Shown here: piece after piece, positions 9,366-20,414 of the stretch
Layout of the letters: each line of letters opens with the position of its first letter
How positions within the stretch are numbered: the first letter of the stretch is position 1
Assembly: GCA_038131935.1 (NCBI GenBank)
Contig: JAYPQH010000032.1
Coordinates: forward strand, 32,001-96,000
Source of the DNA: Alphaproteobacteria bacterium
GTDB taxonomy: Bacteria > Pseudomonadota > Alphaproteobacteria > UBA8317
Direction: 5' to 3'
Length of the DNA stretch: 64,000 nt
Made by a program: the position numbers and the translations under genes
The notes under the pieces: generated by a model
Database searches by the model: none
What the model was told of the DNA's origin: nothing
Seen by the model: only the letters and a program-made list of their open reading frames with translations

Positions 9366-10651
9366 TCAAGGTCGTTGAATTTCCATCACAACAGGTTGTT
9401 CAAGAACAACTGATTGCTCAGCTATTTTGCTGGTCGCTTTGAAAAGTGCTACACGAGAAGCTTCATGGGTCAACAAAACCAACGGAACATACTCTCCCGG
9501 TGCACGGTTTTTTGAATGACGCTATCAATTGAAATATGGTTTTCAGCAAAAATTTTGGTGATCGCCGCCAAAACACCTGGCTCATCTCTGACAAGCAAAC
9601 GCACATAAAATGCTCCTGTACCAATATCTTCGCCAACTTCTAACGCTTCTCTCAAATGCTGCGAAGGCTTCCCAAAAACTGGTAATTTTGCCCCTCTTGC
9701 GACATCAGCAATATCAGCCACAACGGCTGAGCCGGTTGGACCTGCACCTGCACCTCGACCATCAATCATGACATGCCCAACTGGTTGTGCATCAACAAGA
9801 ACAGCATTAAAAACATCATCGACGGAAGCCAGTGGCTCGTCAGCGGGAACCAGAGCAAGTGAGACACGTTGCTGCAATTTTTCATTCACCATTTCAGCAA
9901 CTGCTAATAATTTTACTCGAAATCCAAGTTCACGGGCATAATTAATATCATCGATACAGATATCTCGAATACCAGATACGGAGACCGCTGCAAAATTAGG
10001 TTTTGTTCCAAAAGCCAAAGCCGCGAGTATGGCAATCTTATGGGCTGCATCAATGCCATCTATATCAAAAGATGGATCAGCTTCTGCATAACCTGCATCT
10101 TGGGCTCGTTGAAGCATCACCGAAAATTCCGTACTCTCTTCGCTCATTGCTGAGAGAATGTAATTGCATGTGCCATTGAGAATACCACTTATTTTTCGAA
10201 CTTCATTCCCTATGAGGCCTTCTTGCAAAACCTTTAAAATAGGTATGCCACCAGCAACCGCTGCCTCAAAACGGAGGTTAACACCGTTTTTTTCAGCCAA
10301 GCTTGCCAGTTCAAATCCATGCTCTGCAATCATAGCTTTGTTGGCTGTGACAACATGCTTACCATGAGCCAATGCTAGTTTTGTTGCTTGAAGGGCTATG
10401 CCATCAGCACCCCCTATTAGTTCGACAAATATGTCTACATCTTCTCTTGTCGCAAGGCTTAAAGCATCTTCAACATAATCGTATCCAGATAAATCAATGC
10501 CTCTATCTCTCTTTGAACGGGCACTAACGGCTACTATTTGCAAAGAAACGCCTAATTTATCCTGAATTTTGTTATATTGGCGCTGCAAAATATCAATTGT
10601 TCCAACACCAACAGTACCCAAACCTGCAATGGCAACATTTACATGATTCAT
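9366..10651 (-). CDS. hom: Homoserine dehydrogenase (1-nt frameshift in an A-run near 9510)
   Basis: GLGTVG, VVTANK, EAAVAGGIP, GILNGTCNYIL, GYAEADP; ACT domain continues in the shifted frame to TGA at 9366. Confidence 0.93.
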
Positions 10652-11868
10652 GCTGGCACCTCCCATTCCTCATAGATATCTTTAACGCCATGGCGCTGGA
10701 ACATCTTTCGTACTGATCGTGCGGCTTGACGAATACGTTGTTCATTTTCAACCAACCCAATACGCACAAAACCTTCGCCATGCTCCCCAAAACCAATCCC
10801 TGGCGCCACTGCAACACCAGCTTCCTGCAAGAGAAGTTTCGAGAATTCAAGAGATCCCAAGTCCGAAAATGCTGATGGTATTGGCGCCCAAGCAAACATT
10901 GTTGCTTGAGGTGAGGGAATTTGCCAGCCAGATCGATGCATAGAATCAATTAAAACGTCACGACGATGTTGGTATGTTTGCCTTATTTGCTCCACACATT
11001 CTTGAGGGCCATTGAGAGCAGCAGCAGAAGCAACCTGCACAGGTGTGAATGCACCATAGTCAAGGTAGGACTTAATGCGTGTTAATGCGGCAATGAGATG
11101 TCGGTTTCCAACAGCGAACCCTATGCGCCAACCTGGCATAGCATAAGTTTTGGACATTGTTGTAAACTCCACAGCAACATCCCTTGCGCCTTCCACCTCA
11201 AGAATGGAGGGAGGTGCTTTTCCATCAAAATAAATCTCAGAATATGCCAAATCAGAGAGAATAAAGATGTTGTGTTTTTTAGCAAATTTAACGATTTCCC
11301 GATAAAAATTTAGATCCACCACTTGAGCTGTTGGATTAGAGGGATAATTAATGACAATCATCGTGGGAGCTGGCACAGAATGCCGAACCGCATGATTGAT
11401 ACCCTCCAAAAACAAATCTGGAGAACGTGCAGGAATTTGGCGAACACTTGCACCTGCTATAATGAATCCAAAAGCGTGTATTGGATAAGCTGGCGATGGT
11501 ACCAGAATGACATCACCAGGTGCGGTGATGGCCTGCGCCAAATTGGCAAGTCCTTCTTTTGACCCCAAAGTAACGATGACTTCGTCTTCTGGATCAAGTG
11601 TTACGCCAAAGCGTCGCTGGTAATAAGCTGCCTGTGCTCGCCGCAACCCAGGAATACCGCGCGAACTTGAGTAGCGATGCGTTTTGGGATTTGCCACCGC
11701 TTCGTTCAATTTATCCACAATATGCTGAGGGGTTGGCATATCTGGATTCCCCATACCGAAGTCAATGATATCTTCACCACGACCCCGCGCTTGGGCTTTT
11801 AACTTATTCACGGCCTCGAATACATATGGCGGCAATCTTTTGATACGATAAAAATCACTATGTAGCAT
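10648..11868 (-). CDS. Class I/II PLP aminotransferase (AlaC / LL-diaminopimelate aminotransferase type)
   Basis: RIKRLPPYVF, DFGMGNPD, NYPSNPT, SDLAY, SKTYAMPGWRIG; ATGA overlap with hom. Confidence 0.92.
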   Translation of the reverse strand: MLHSDFYRIKRLPPYVFEAVNKLKAQARGRGEDIIDFGMGNPDMPTPQHIVDKLNEAVANPKTHRYSSSRGIPGLRRAQAAYYQRRFGVTLDPEDEVIVTLGSKEGLANLAQAITAPGDVILVPSPAYPIHAFGFIIAGASVRQIPARSPDLFLEGINHAVRHSVPAPTMIVINYPSNPTAQVVDLNFYREIVKFAKKHNIFILSDLAYSEIYFDGKAPPSILEVEGARDVAVEFTTMSKTYAMPGWRIGFAVGNRHLIAALTRIKSYLDYGAFTPVQVASAAALNGPQECVEQIRQTYQHRRDVLIDSMHRSGWQIPSPQATMFAWAPIPSAFSDLGSLEFSKLLLQEAGVAVAPGIGFGEHGEGFVRIGLVENEQRIRQAARSVRKMFQRHGVKDIYEEWEVPA

Positions 11869-11915
11869 TTTACTGTCTTGGTCCTGGTTCGCACATTTTA
11901 CATTCTTCTCTATAA

Positions 11916-12170
11916 TCACTCGGATGCAAACGCACCATCCCCCCTCTGTGAGAAACGTTTGTCCTCTGACTCTTTTGCAAGGCCTTTTTCTATATTCTCA
12001 AAATCTTTTTGATTCATGCTTGGTCGGGTGGGGTAAACATGTGATTGCAAACTTGGCGCATTTGATGTCTTTTCAAAATGACAAGCACAAAGAATTGCAC
12101 TGGTTGCCAACATTAACACCCACCGACATGTCTTTTTGCTAATCACTCTGCTTATGTTATGTGATATCAT
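11916..12170 (-). CDS. Small putative lipoprotein
   Basis: Basic and hydrophobic N-terminus ending in lipobox-like LCAC; fills the gap between phaC and the aminotransferase. Confidence 0.5.
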   Translation of the reverse strand: MISHNISRVISKKTCRWVLMLATSAILCACHFEKTSNAPSLQSHVYPTRPSMNQKDFENIEKGLAKESEDKRFSQRGDGAFASE

Positions 12171-12215
12171 TGCTGAAAATACCTATTTGACCGTCTTTAT
12201 CAGGAGCTCATAATC

Positions 12216-14045
12216 ATGTCTGATAGCAAGCACACAAGCCAATTTGATGCAGCAGCCCAAATGAATGCCGTTGAGCTTGCCCAAAACATGGCTCAAGCCG
12301 CGGCACATCTTCAAAAAATCCAAACAGAGCTGGCTACATTTCATTATGAAAACAAGGGGCCCATACAATTAGATCCTCTTAATCTCACAGCGACGTTTAA
12401 AACGTTTATGCAATTGGTGACAGACCACCCACAAGAGATTGCCAATGCTCAATTCAGACTCATGGAGCAATACTCCCAACTCTGCCAAAATATGATGGCT
12501 CGGATGAGTGGTAACGATGTCGCTCCCCTCGTGCAACCACCCAAAGGCGATAAGAGATTCAAAGATGATGGTTGGAATTTAGAAATTTTTGACTTTATCA
12601 AACAAGCCTACTTACTCACATCCAACTGGGCTGAAGAGACCTTAAAATCTATCGATTCGGACTTACCGGTTCGTGATAAGCGCAAAGTTGAATTTTATGC
12701 CAAGCAGTTTCTTGATGCACTTGCACCCTCCAATTTTACACTGACCAATCCAGAAGTTTTGCGAGAGTTTATGCTGTCCAATGGAGGTAATATTGCCAAA
12801 GGTTTGGAACATCTTGCCCACGACATAGAAAAAGGCCGTGGCCGTGTTATGATTACACAAACAGATGCGTCTCAATTCGAAGTGGGTCGAAATCTCGCAG
12901 CTACCCCGGGATCTGTTATTTACAAAAATGATTTGTGCGAACTCATTCAATACAACCCAACAACGAAGGAAGTTCGAGAAATCCCCATTTTGATCATACC
13001 CCCATGGATCAACAAATATTACATCTTAGACCTTCAAGAAAAAAACTCCCTGGTAAAATGGTTAACGGATGAAGGCTACACCGTGTTCATGGTGTCATGG
13101 GTAAACCCTGATGAGACACACAACCAAAAAACTTTTGCTGATTACATGGTGGAAGGAGCTATGGCGACAGTATCCGCAGTTGAGGCTGCTACCGGTGTAA
13201 AAAAACCTAACATCGTAGGGTATTGCATTGGTGGCACCATGCTCTCATGTGCACTTGCTTGGTGGGCGGCAAAAGGAAACACAGAACCTGTTAATTCAGC
13301 AACATTTTTTACGACCACACTTGATTTTTCAGACCCAGGAGATCTGAGCGTATTCATTGATGAGACACAAATCAGCAATATGGAAGAAACCATGCAGGCT
13401 CATGGTGGATTTCTTGAGGGCAGTGAAATGGCTACTGCGTTTTCGATGCTACGTGCCAACGATATGATTTGGTCATTTGTTGTCAATAACTATCTCTTGG
13501 GTAAAGACCCAATGCCCTTTGATTTACTTTATTGGAATAGTGACTCAACCCGTATGCCATTAAACATGCACGGATTTTACCTGAAACATTGCTACCTCAG
13601 AAATGATTTGGCGAATAAGCGGATGGTTTTGGGTGAAGAAATAATGGATCTTTCCAAAGTTCAGGTGCCTATTTTCATGCAGGCGGCAAAAGAAGACCAT
13701 ATTGCGACCTTTGATGCGGTATATCGTTCTGTGAAGCTATTAGGCTCACCATCCAAAAAATTTGTTTTGGCCGCTTCAGGTCATGTTGCTGGTGTTGTCA
13801 ATCCACCGAGTGCCCAAAAATATGTTCATTGGGTACCCAATTCAGACGCTTTACCCGATACGAAAGAGGAATGGATGGAACAAAGCACAGAAATCAAAGG
13901 ATCTTGGTGGCCAACATGGAAGGATTGGCTCGATGAACGCTCAGGTCCAATGGTCTCAGCACGACATCCGGGGGATGGAAAATTGGCAGTGATTGAACCA
14001 GCACCTGGGAGTTATGTCCGAAGGCAAGCGGTTCCTATTTCGTAA
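12216..14045 (+). CDS. phaC: Class I polyhydroxyalkanoate synthase
   Basis: DKRF, PPWINKYYILDL, lipase box GYCIGG, FDLLYWNSD, EDHI, SGHVAG, GSWWP. Confidence 0.97.
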   Translation: MSDSKHTSQFDAAAQMNAVELAQNMAQAAAHLQKIQTELATFHYENKGPIQLDPLNLTATFKTFMQLVTDHPQEIANAQFRLMEQYSQLCQNMMARMSGNDVAPLVQPPKGDKRFKDDGWNLEIFDFIKQAYLLTSNWAEETLKSIDSDLPVRDKRKVEFYAKQFLDALAPSNFTLTNPEVLREFMLSNGGNIAKGLEHLAHDIEKGRGRVMITQTDASQFEVGRNLAATPGSVIYKNDLCELIQYNPTTKEVREIPILIIPPWINKYYILDLQEKNSLVKWLTDEGYTVFMVSWVNPDETHNQKTFADYMVEGAMATVSAVEAATGVKKPNIVGYCIGGTMLSCALAWWAAKGNTEPVNSATFFTTTLDFSDPGDLSVFIDETQISNMEETMQAHGGFLEGSEMATAFSMLRANDMIWSFVVNNYLLGKDPMPFDLLYWNSDSTRMPLNMHGFYLKHCYLRNDLANKRMVLGEEIMDLSKVQVPIFMQAAKEDHIATFDAVYRSVKLLGSPSKKFVLAASGHVAGVVNPPSAQKYVHWVPNSDALPDTKEEWMEQSTEIKGSWWPTWKDWLDERSGPMVSARHPGDGKLAVIEPAPGSYVRRQAVPIS

Positions 14046-14049
14046 TATG

Positions 14050-15078
14050 CTACGGCCTTAAAGGGGTAAGTTTCAGCGCAGTTGTTTCAGGGAAGCCGAA
14101 CATAATATTCATATTTTGTACGGCTTGCCCAGAAGCTCCTTTTACGAGGTTATCAATGGCTGATACAATAACTGCGCGATCTTTTTGCCTCTCTTCATGA
14201 ACAGATATACGAACATTATTTGTACCTCTTACCGCGCCGGTCATTGCAGCTTCCCCTTTTTGCAATATTTGAACAAAAGGTTCGTGCTCATAGGATTGTT
14301 TCAAGCATGAGCGGATTTCATCGGCAGAACCTTGCAGGTGTATGGTACTCAAAATCCCTCTGCCTATGGGTAACAAATGTGGCGTAAAGGAAAAACTACA
14401 GCCCTCGCCTGCCATGCGTAGTCCTTGGTCTATCTCTGGTATATGACGGTGTGCGCCTATCCCATATGCCAAGAAATTTTCATTCACTTCATTAAACAGA
14501 AGATTATCTCGAAGTGATCGCCCCGCACCTGACACACCAGATTTTGAATCCATCACAATATGCTGCGGAGCCAATATATTTTGCCTTATAAGGGGAATTA
14601 AAGGCATCAAAACACTCGTTGGGTAACAGCCAGGATTAGCCAACAATTGGGTGTTTTTAATGTCCTCTCGACACCATTCTGATAACCCGTAAACTGCGTG
14701 TTTTTGAAGGTCAACGGCCTTATGTTGTGCCCCATACCATTGGGCGTATTCATCAACATTCTTCAGTCTAAAGTCTGCTGACAGATCAATGATCCTGATT
14801 TGACCAGCTACAGCTGATACAACTTCTTGGGTTGTCCCATGTGGCAGTGCACAGAACAAGACATCTGCTTGATCTAACGCAATATCTTCCATTTTTTCCA
14901 AACGCAGATGAGGGTAAATGGCGCCTAAACCTGGATGGACATGATCAAGACTTTCTCCAGCTCTTCGATCGGCTGATACGGCAACAACCTCCACCTCTGA
15001 ATGCAAGGCAAGAATGCGCAACAGTTCTGCTCCTGTATACCCACTAGCACCAAACACAACTGCCTTAATTGCTGCCAT
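14050..15078 (-). CDS. argC: N-acetyl-gamma-glutamyl-phosphate reductase
   Basis: GASGYTG, ALPHG, DLSADFRL, NPGCYPT, SGVSGAGR, DNLVKGASGQA. Confidence 0.98.
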   Translation of the reverse strand: MAAIKAVVFGASGYTGAELLRILALHSEVEVVAVSADRRAGESLDHVHPGLGAIYPHLRLEKMEDIALDQADVLFCALPHGTTQEVVSAVAGQIRIIDLSADFRLKNVDEYAQWYGAQHKAVDLQKHAVYGLSEWCREDIKNTQLLANPGCYPTSVLMPLIPLIRQNILAPQHIVMDSKSGVSGAGRSLRDNLLFNEVNENFLAYGIGAHRHIPEIDQGLRMAGEGCSFSFTPHLLPIGRGILSTIHLQGSADEIRSCLKQSYEHEPFVQILQKGEAAMTGAVRGTNNVRISVHEERQKDRAVIVSAIDNLVKGASGQAVQNMNIMFGFPETTALKLTPLRP

Positions 15079-15176
15079 CCCTTTATTCCTTATGAAAAGA
15101 CCTTACGCATAATGGTCGACAGGTCATCATAAAGCTACATTCTTGGCAACCACCTTGATAATATTGAGAGGACCTC

Positions 15177-16226
15177 ATGAAAACCTTAAGCCTTTTGATC
15201 ATTACATTGATTTACTTATCGGCCCACGCGCACAGCAAAAATTATCAAACAACCATCATGGCAAAAGGCCTAGATCAGCCATGGGCATTAGCATTTTTGC
15301 CCAAAGGTGGCTTTTTGATCACCCAAAGATCAGGAGATCTTTTTTGTTTTGATGTGAATGGAAAAAAAACAAAAATATTAGGCACACCTAAGGTTTGGCA
15401 AAGAGGACAAGGGGGACTTTTGGACGTTATTGTTGATACAAATTTTGCCCAAACACAGCGTATTTTTCTGACATATGCTGACCCTCACGCAGGTGGAGGA
15501 CGCACAGCAGTGGGTGTCGGCAAACTGGATTGTTCGAGGGGACTGCTGAAAGAATTTCGACAAGTATTTTCAGAACCAAATGGACATCCATCAGGTTATC
15601 ATTTTGGCTCGCGAATTCTACAAATGGATCAAGATCACATCTTAATTAGCGTTGGCGATCGGGGAACACGAAACTGGGCACAGATACCCCATCTGGTACA
15701 AGGCAAAATGGTGAAAATTCGCATCGATGGTACAGGGTATGAAATTTGGAGTCTTGGGCACCGAAATCCACAGGGACTTACGAGAGATATAGATGGCCAT
15801 CCCATCATCGTTGAACATGGTCCCCAAGGTGGTGATGAAATTAACAAACCCAAATATAGAAAAAACTATGGCTGGCCATTATACACCTTCGGCGAAGAAT
15901 ATGGGGGTGGTCTCATAGGACCAGCTGCCTCACCTGAGGGTTTTGAACCTCCCCTATTCCATTGGACTCCCTCCATCGCACCGTCAGGATTGATGGTCTA
16001 TAAGGGAAACCAATTCCCTTCTTGGTACGGACATATTTTTACGGGTTCATTAAAATTTAATTATATCTCTCGCATCGTTAAAACCCCAGATGGTTATGAG
16101 GAGCAAGAAAGGCTTCTAGAAGACCAATTTGCGCGAATCCGGGATGTTCGCGAAGCGCCTGATGGAAGTATTTGGTTTCTTGCTGAAGCCGATGGAATGG
16201 CCGTCAAGATTGCCGTAGAGCCATAA
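15177..16226 (+). CDS. PQQ-dependent glucose/sorbosone (aldose sugar) dehydrogenase family
   Basis: Signal peptide; PWALAFLP, GQGGLLD, HFGSR, GHRNPQG, EHGPQGGDEIN, SIAPSG, RIRDV. Confidence 0.92.
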   Translation: MKTLSLLIITLIYLSAHAHSKNYQTTIMAKGLDQPWALAFLPKGGFLITQRSGDLFCFDVNGKKTKILGTPKVWQRGQGGLLDVIVDTNFAQTQRIFLTYADPHAGGGRTAVGVGKLDCSRGLLKEFRQVFSEPNGHPSGYHFGSRILQMDQDHILISVGDRGTRNWAQIPHLVQGKMVKIRIDGTGYEIWSLGHRNPQGLTRDIDGHPIIVEHGPQGGDEINKPKYRKNYGWPLYTFGEEYGGGLIGPAASPEGFEPPLFHWTPSIAPSGLMVYKGNQFPSWYGHIFTGSLKFNYISRIVKTPDGYEEQERLLEDQFARIRDVREAPDGSIWFLAEADGMAVKIAVEP

Positions 16227-16284
16227 ATATACCGACACCTAATTGTTTCTATCATTGTCCATGATACGGACATATTGGGCAATT

Positions 16285-17501
16285 TTATGCTGGCGTCTCT
16301 GTTTTTTTGAAAACGAGCATAAGAAGAGAGCTGCCAGCGATGATCAAAAATGGAATCATTGCATAGTTAACAGCCTGCCAGCCCGCTACAGGGTCGCCAC
16401 CAGAGCAGTTCATTAAGCCACCGGATGCCAAAGAAGCGATGGTGACCATACCAAAAACCGCGAAGTCATTAAAACCTTGAATACGTCCTCTTTCAGATGG
16501 TGAATGTGCCGACGCCAACATGCTGGTGGCCCCAATAAAGCCGAAGTTCCAACCAACCCCTAACAGAGCTAATGCAAGGTAAAAATCCATCAGATCTACC
16601 CCAGACAAACCAACAATACCTGCACCCATCAAAATAGCCAATCCAGCGCCAACAATTTTCTCGGCCCCAAAACGAACAATGAGATGTCCCGTAAAAAAGC
16701 TAGGAAAATACATAGACAGGACATGAATGGACACAACGTTGGCTGCGTCATTGGTTTCAAAACCACATCCTACAACTGCTAAGGGTGTTGAGGTCATGAC
16801 CAGGTTCATCAACGAATACGATACCATTGCACACAATATGGCAACGATAATCTTCGGTGTTTTTAACATTTCCCACAATGAACGACCGTCACCAGAATTG
16901 GCTGTTTTTTGTGGTCTTGGGATATGTAAAAAGAAAAACATCAACCCACCAATAATATTTAAGAAAAAACTGCAAGATATGCACCTGCAAAAGGGATTGG
17001 GGCCAAACTATCCATAAATAACTTAACCATTTGAGGCCCAATGATCGCCGCCAATAACCCACCAGCCATCACAATAGAAATCGCTTTTGGACGGAATTTC
17101 TCCGATGCCATGTCGGTTGCTGCAAATCTATAAAAGCCATGCGCAGACATATAGACACCAGTGAACCCACAGCCACAAAGCATCAATTCAAAGGATCGCT
17201 CATATATAGCAATGCAACAAATCAATCCTCCTAAAGCGCCCGCCATAACACCAATAAAAAAGCCCGTTTTTCGGCCCCATACCTGCATGATGCGTGACAT
17301 AGGTTGTGCAGAGAGCATCGAGCAGAAAACAATCATAGAAAGTGGTAACGTTGCCAAACAGGCGCTGGGCGCCAATGTTTGACCCACCAACCCTCCAAGA
17401 ACAAAGTTTACGGGAAGTTGAGCGCCCAAGATTGCTTGTGCTGATGACAGTATAAACGTGTTCCGAATAGCGATACGGTCACTGGTTTGGGTTTGGGTCA
17501 T
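16285..17501 (-). CDS. MFS transporter (frameshift in a T-run near 16965 joins the two ORFs)
   Basis: FYRFAATD...AISIVMAGG N-half; MNLVMTSTPL...GWNFGFIGAT...QGFNDF C-half. Confidence 0.88.
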
Positions 17502-17564
17502 ATAAAACTCATTGATACGAGGAATTTTCTGTCTGTATTGTCCCCTTAAGAACGAACGGAGAGT

Positions 17565-18347
17565 TTATTGAAGAAAAGTTGAGATGCCTGAATTTATGAT
17601 CCCGATACCTGCAAAAAACAAGAGTCCATAACAAATTTTATAAAAAAGCTCTGGATTGATACGGTCTACCAATCTCCACCCCACCCAAACACCTAAAGGA
17701 ATAGCAGGTAGCAAAATAAAACTGCTTACAACAGATTGAGGTGTGAATTGGCCTAACCAAAAATAAGGCCAAATCTTCAACTGATTGATTACAAAAAAGA
17801 AATATACACTGGTACCCATAAAATTTCTCACCGATAGCCTTTTGGGCAGAAGGTACATTTTTACAGGACCACCGCCGGCATGAGCAATGAAACTTGTAAA
17901 GCCTGCAAGGCCACCACAAAACACACCCCAGATTGTCTCGTACCCTTGGGAGAGCTTTACTTGGCGCGTTGGAATAAAAAACGTTCCTGCAAAAACAACC
18001 ATGAGTGAGCCAAGAATAATTTTTAGGATATTTTCATCTACGGCATGGAAGGTAAGTGCTCCCAAACCAATACCAAGAAGTGCACCGGGAATGAGGATGG
18101 CAAGATGGGCCCAAGACCAATCACGTCGATAGTTCCATAAATTTGCCAGATCAATGATGCAAAGAATGGGCAGTAAAATGGCCACAGCCTCAAATGGTGA
18201 GACCCAAAATACCAAAATGGGGACCGATAATTGACCCAAGCCCCCACCTAATCCACTTTTTGAAACACCAGTGATGAATACCGACACAAGCCCCACCAAT
18301 ATAAATCCCCAATCTAATTGTGTTAAAATGAGGAATGCATCGTTCAT
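17565..18347 (-). CDS. Sulfite exporter TauE/SafE family protein
   Basis: GVSKSGLGGGLG, AILLP, GFTSFIAHAGG, FFVINQLKIWPY. Confidence 0.88.
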   Translation of the reverse strand: MNDAFLILTQLDWGFILVGLVSVFITGVSKSGLGGGLGQLSVPILVFWVSPFEAVAILLPILCIIDLANLWNYRRDWSWAHLAILIPGALLGIGLGALTFHAVDENILKIILGSLMVVFAGTFFIPTRQVKLSQGYETIWGVFCGGLAGFTSFIAHAGGGPVKMYLLPKRLSVRNFMGTSVYFFFVINQLKIWPYFWLGQFTPQSVVSSFILLPAIPLGVWVGWRLVDRINPELFYKICYGLLFFAGIGIINSGISTFLQ

Positions 18348-18458
18348 GAGATGGCCAAGGGAAATAGGGGTTGAAGAAAATAACTCAGATGCTGTTAATA
18401 AACCATGCATCTTCCTATTGTCCATAAACCAAGACTCGTATTCAAAAAGGACCAGGCT

Positions 18459-19529
18459 ATGACCCAAAATAATCCATCATCACCAAGGTATCATGTGGAA
18501 GACATGCTTACATTTGGATCTGCAATTCTCAATGCTTCAGGCCTTCCTAAAGACCGTGCCAAAGTTGTGGCTGAAATCTTGTTAGAAGGGGATTTAATGG
18601 GCCATACAACTCATGGATTCCAACTCTTGGGGCCTTATGCTGATGCTGCTGCAAATGGGAGTATGAACACAGATGGGCAAATAAGTATTTTGCGTGATAA
18701 TCCCGCCCTTATGCTTTGGGACGGTTGTTGGTTACCAGGTCCATGGCTGGTTCAAGAAGCGATAAAAGAAGCTCAAAAACGTGCAAAAATTTATGGCCAA
18801 GCAAGTATAGTCATTCGAAGGAGCCATCATATTGCCAGCCTTGCGTCATACTTAAGAGCACCTGCTGAAAATGGTTTTTATATCACCATTGCAACCTCCG
18901 ACCCTGCCGTAGCTTCTGTCGCACCTTATGGAGGAATAAATCCTGTTTACACCCCCAACCCTATAGCCATTGGCTATCCCACACAAAAAGATCCTGTCAT
19001 TATAGATGTGAGTATGTCCATAACAACAAATGGTATGAGCAAAAGAAATTTTGACAATGGCAACTTATTTTCCCATGAATGGATGCTTGATGCCTCTGGA
19101 CAACCAACCCGAGATCCCGCGGTTCTTTTTCAACAGCCATCAGGTAGTATTCTACCTATGGGAGGGATGGACCATGGACATAAAGGTTTTGGCCTAGGTT
19201 TGCATGTTGAAGCTTACACCTCAGCATTATCAGGCTATGGGCGTGCTGACCAACCATCGAGATGGGGGGCAAGTTTACATATCCAAGTGATAGACGTTGA
19301 AGCAGCTGGCGGTCTTGAATCATTTACAAGAGAAACACAGTTTTTGATGGACGCTTGTTTAAAAAGTGAGCCCGCTAAAGGCCAAAAAGGCGTGCGTATA
19401 CCTGGAAGCAGAGGATTGGCATTAAGACGTGAACAACTTCAAAAAGGCATTCAGTTTTATGACGGTATCATTGAAGGACTAACCGAAAAAGCGACGAAAT
19501 ACGGAATTTTAATTCCCTCTGCATTGTAG
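18459..19529 (+). CDS. Ldh_2 family (malate/lactate dehydrogenase type 2) oxidoreductase
   Basis: DLMGHTTHG, SHHIA, NPIAIG, DVSMS, GHKGFGLGL, VRIPG. Confidence 0.9.
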   Translation: MTQNNPSSPRYHVEDMLTFGSAILNASGLPKDRAKVVAEILLEGDLMGHTTHGFQLLGPYADAAANGSMNTDGQISILRDNPALMLWDGCWLPGPWLVQEAIKEAQKRAKIYGQASIVIRRSHHIASLASYLRAPAENGFYITIATSDPAVASVAPYGGINPVYTPNPIAIGYPTQKDPVIIDVSMSITTNGMSKRNFDNGNLFSHEWMLDASGQPTRDPAVLFQQPSGSILPMGGMDHGHKGFGLGLHVEAYTSALSGYGRADQPSRWGASLHIQVIDVEAAGGLESFTRETQFLMDACLKSEPAKGQKGVRIPGSRGLALRREQLQKGIQFYDGIIEGLTEKATKYGILIPSAL

Positions 19530-19596
19530 CATGTATGTTTAGGTACGAACTTCAATTTCATGATAGAATTAAAAGCACATAATCATAAAATTTACG

Positions 19597-20400
19597 TCAA
19601 AATATGGGAAATTCTTCAGAAGGAAGTGGATCACCAGTTACCAATTGTAAATGTTCGAGAGGGGGAGAACCTTTACCCCCTTGATCTACAAAATGTGCGT
19701 TATCCCCAAGCCACCTTGTAGAAAATGCTCGTCGTCTGGTGTTAAATTTATGGTTTCCGGGAGCCGCATGAATTGTCCGAAAATCAAACGCAACCAAATC
19801 TCCTGGTTCCAATGCATAAGAACGGATGTCATAACGGTCAATCTGTGCGTCTATATCAGGAATTTTCTCTCGGGTATCACCAACATACAAATCTGTTCCG
19901 TCAAACCGCTGTGGTTTGTGGGTCTCTCCCAATAGATGAGAGCCAGCAACAAGACGCAGAGATTGGTCCTGTTCAACATGATCTAAAACCATCCAGAAAC
20001 TTACTGTTTGGTCTGCTGAAGCACAATAATATGGAGCATCTTGATGCCAAGGTGTTGGGATAGAAGAACCAGGCTCCTTAACCAATACATGGTCGTGAAA
20101 AAACTGAACCTTTTTTGCACCCATCAATTCACGTGCTAGGTTTGCAGCACCCGATGATAATACAAATGCTTTAAAGCCATCAAACCTTTGCCAATTGCAA
20201 AGATCTTGAAAAAATAAGGCACTGCCATCTTCTGGTTGATAGCTGCGCTCATATGAACTTGGCTTTTCCATCAACGCATCGATGGCATCGCGCAATGGGT
20301 CTACCCAAGACCTAAAACCACCACGTATCACCGCCACACCATCGCGTTGAAAATCTTGAACACAGGAGGCATCAATAGATATTTCACTCATTTTGCTCAT
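19597..20400 (-). CDS. PhyH-family Fe(II)/2-oxoglutarate dioxygenase
   Basis: VLVKEPG, TPWHQDAPY, GSH, IHAA, RRAFSTR. Confidence 0.9.
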   Translation of the reverse strand: MSKMSEISIDASCVQDFQRDGVAVIRGGFRSWVDPLRDAIDALMEKPSSYERSYQPEDGSALFFQDLCNWQRFDGFKAFVLSSGAANLARELMGAKKVQFFHDHVLVKEPGSSIPTPWHQDAPYYCASADQTVSFWMVLDHVEQDQSLRLVAGSHLLGETHKPQRFDGTDLYVGDTREKIPDIDAQIDRYDIRSYALEPGDLVAFDFRTIHAAPGNHKFNTRRRAFSTRWLGDNAHFVDQGGKGSPPLEHLQLVTGDPLPSEEFPIF

Positions 20401-20414
20401 CCATTCATACCTAG

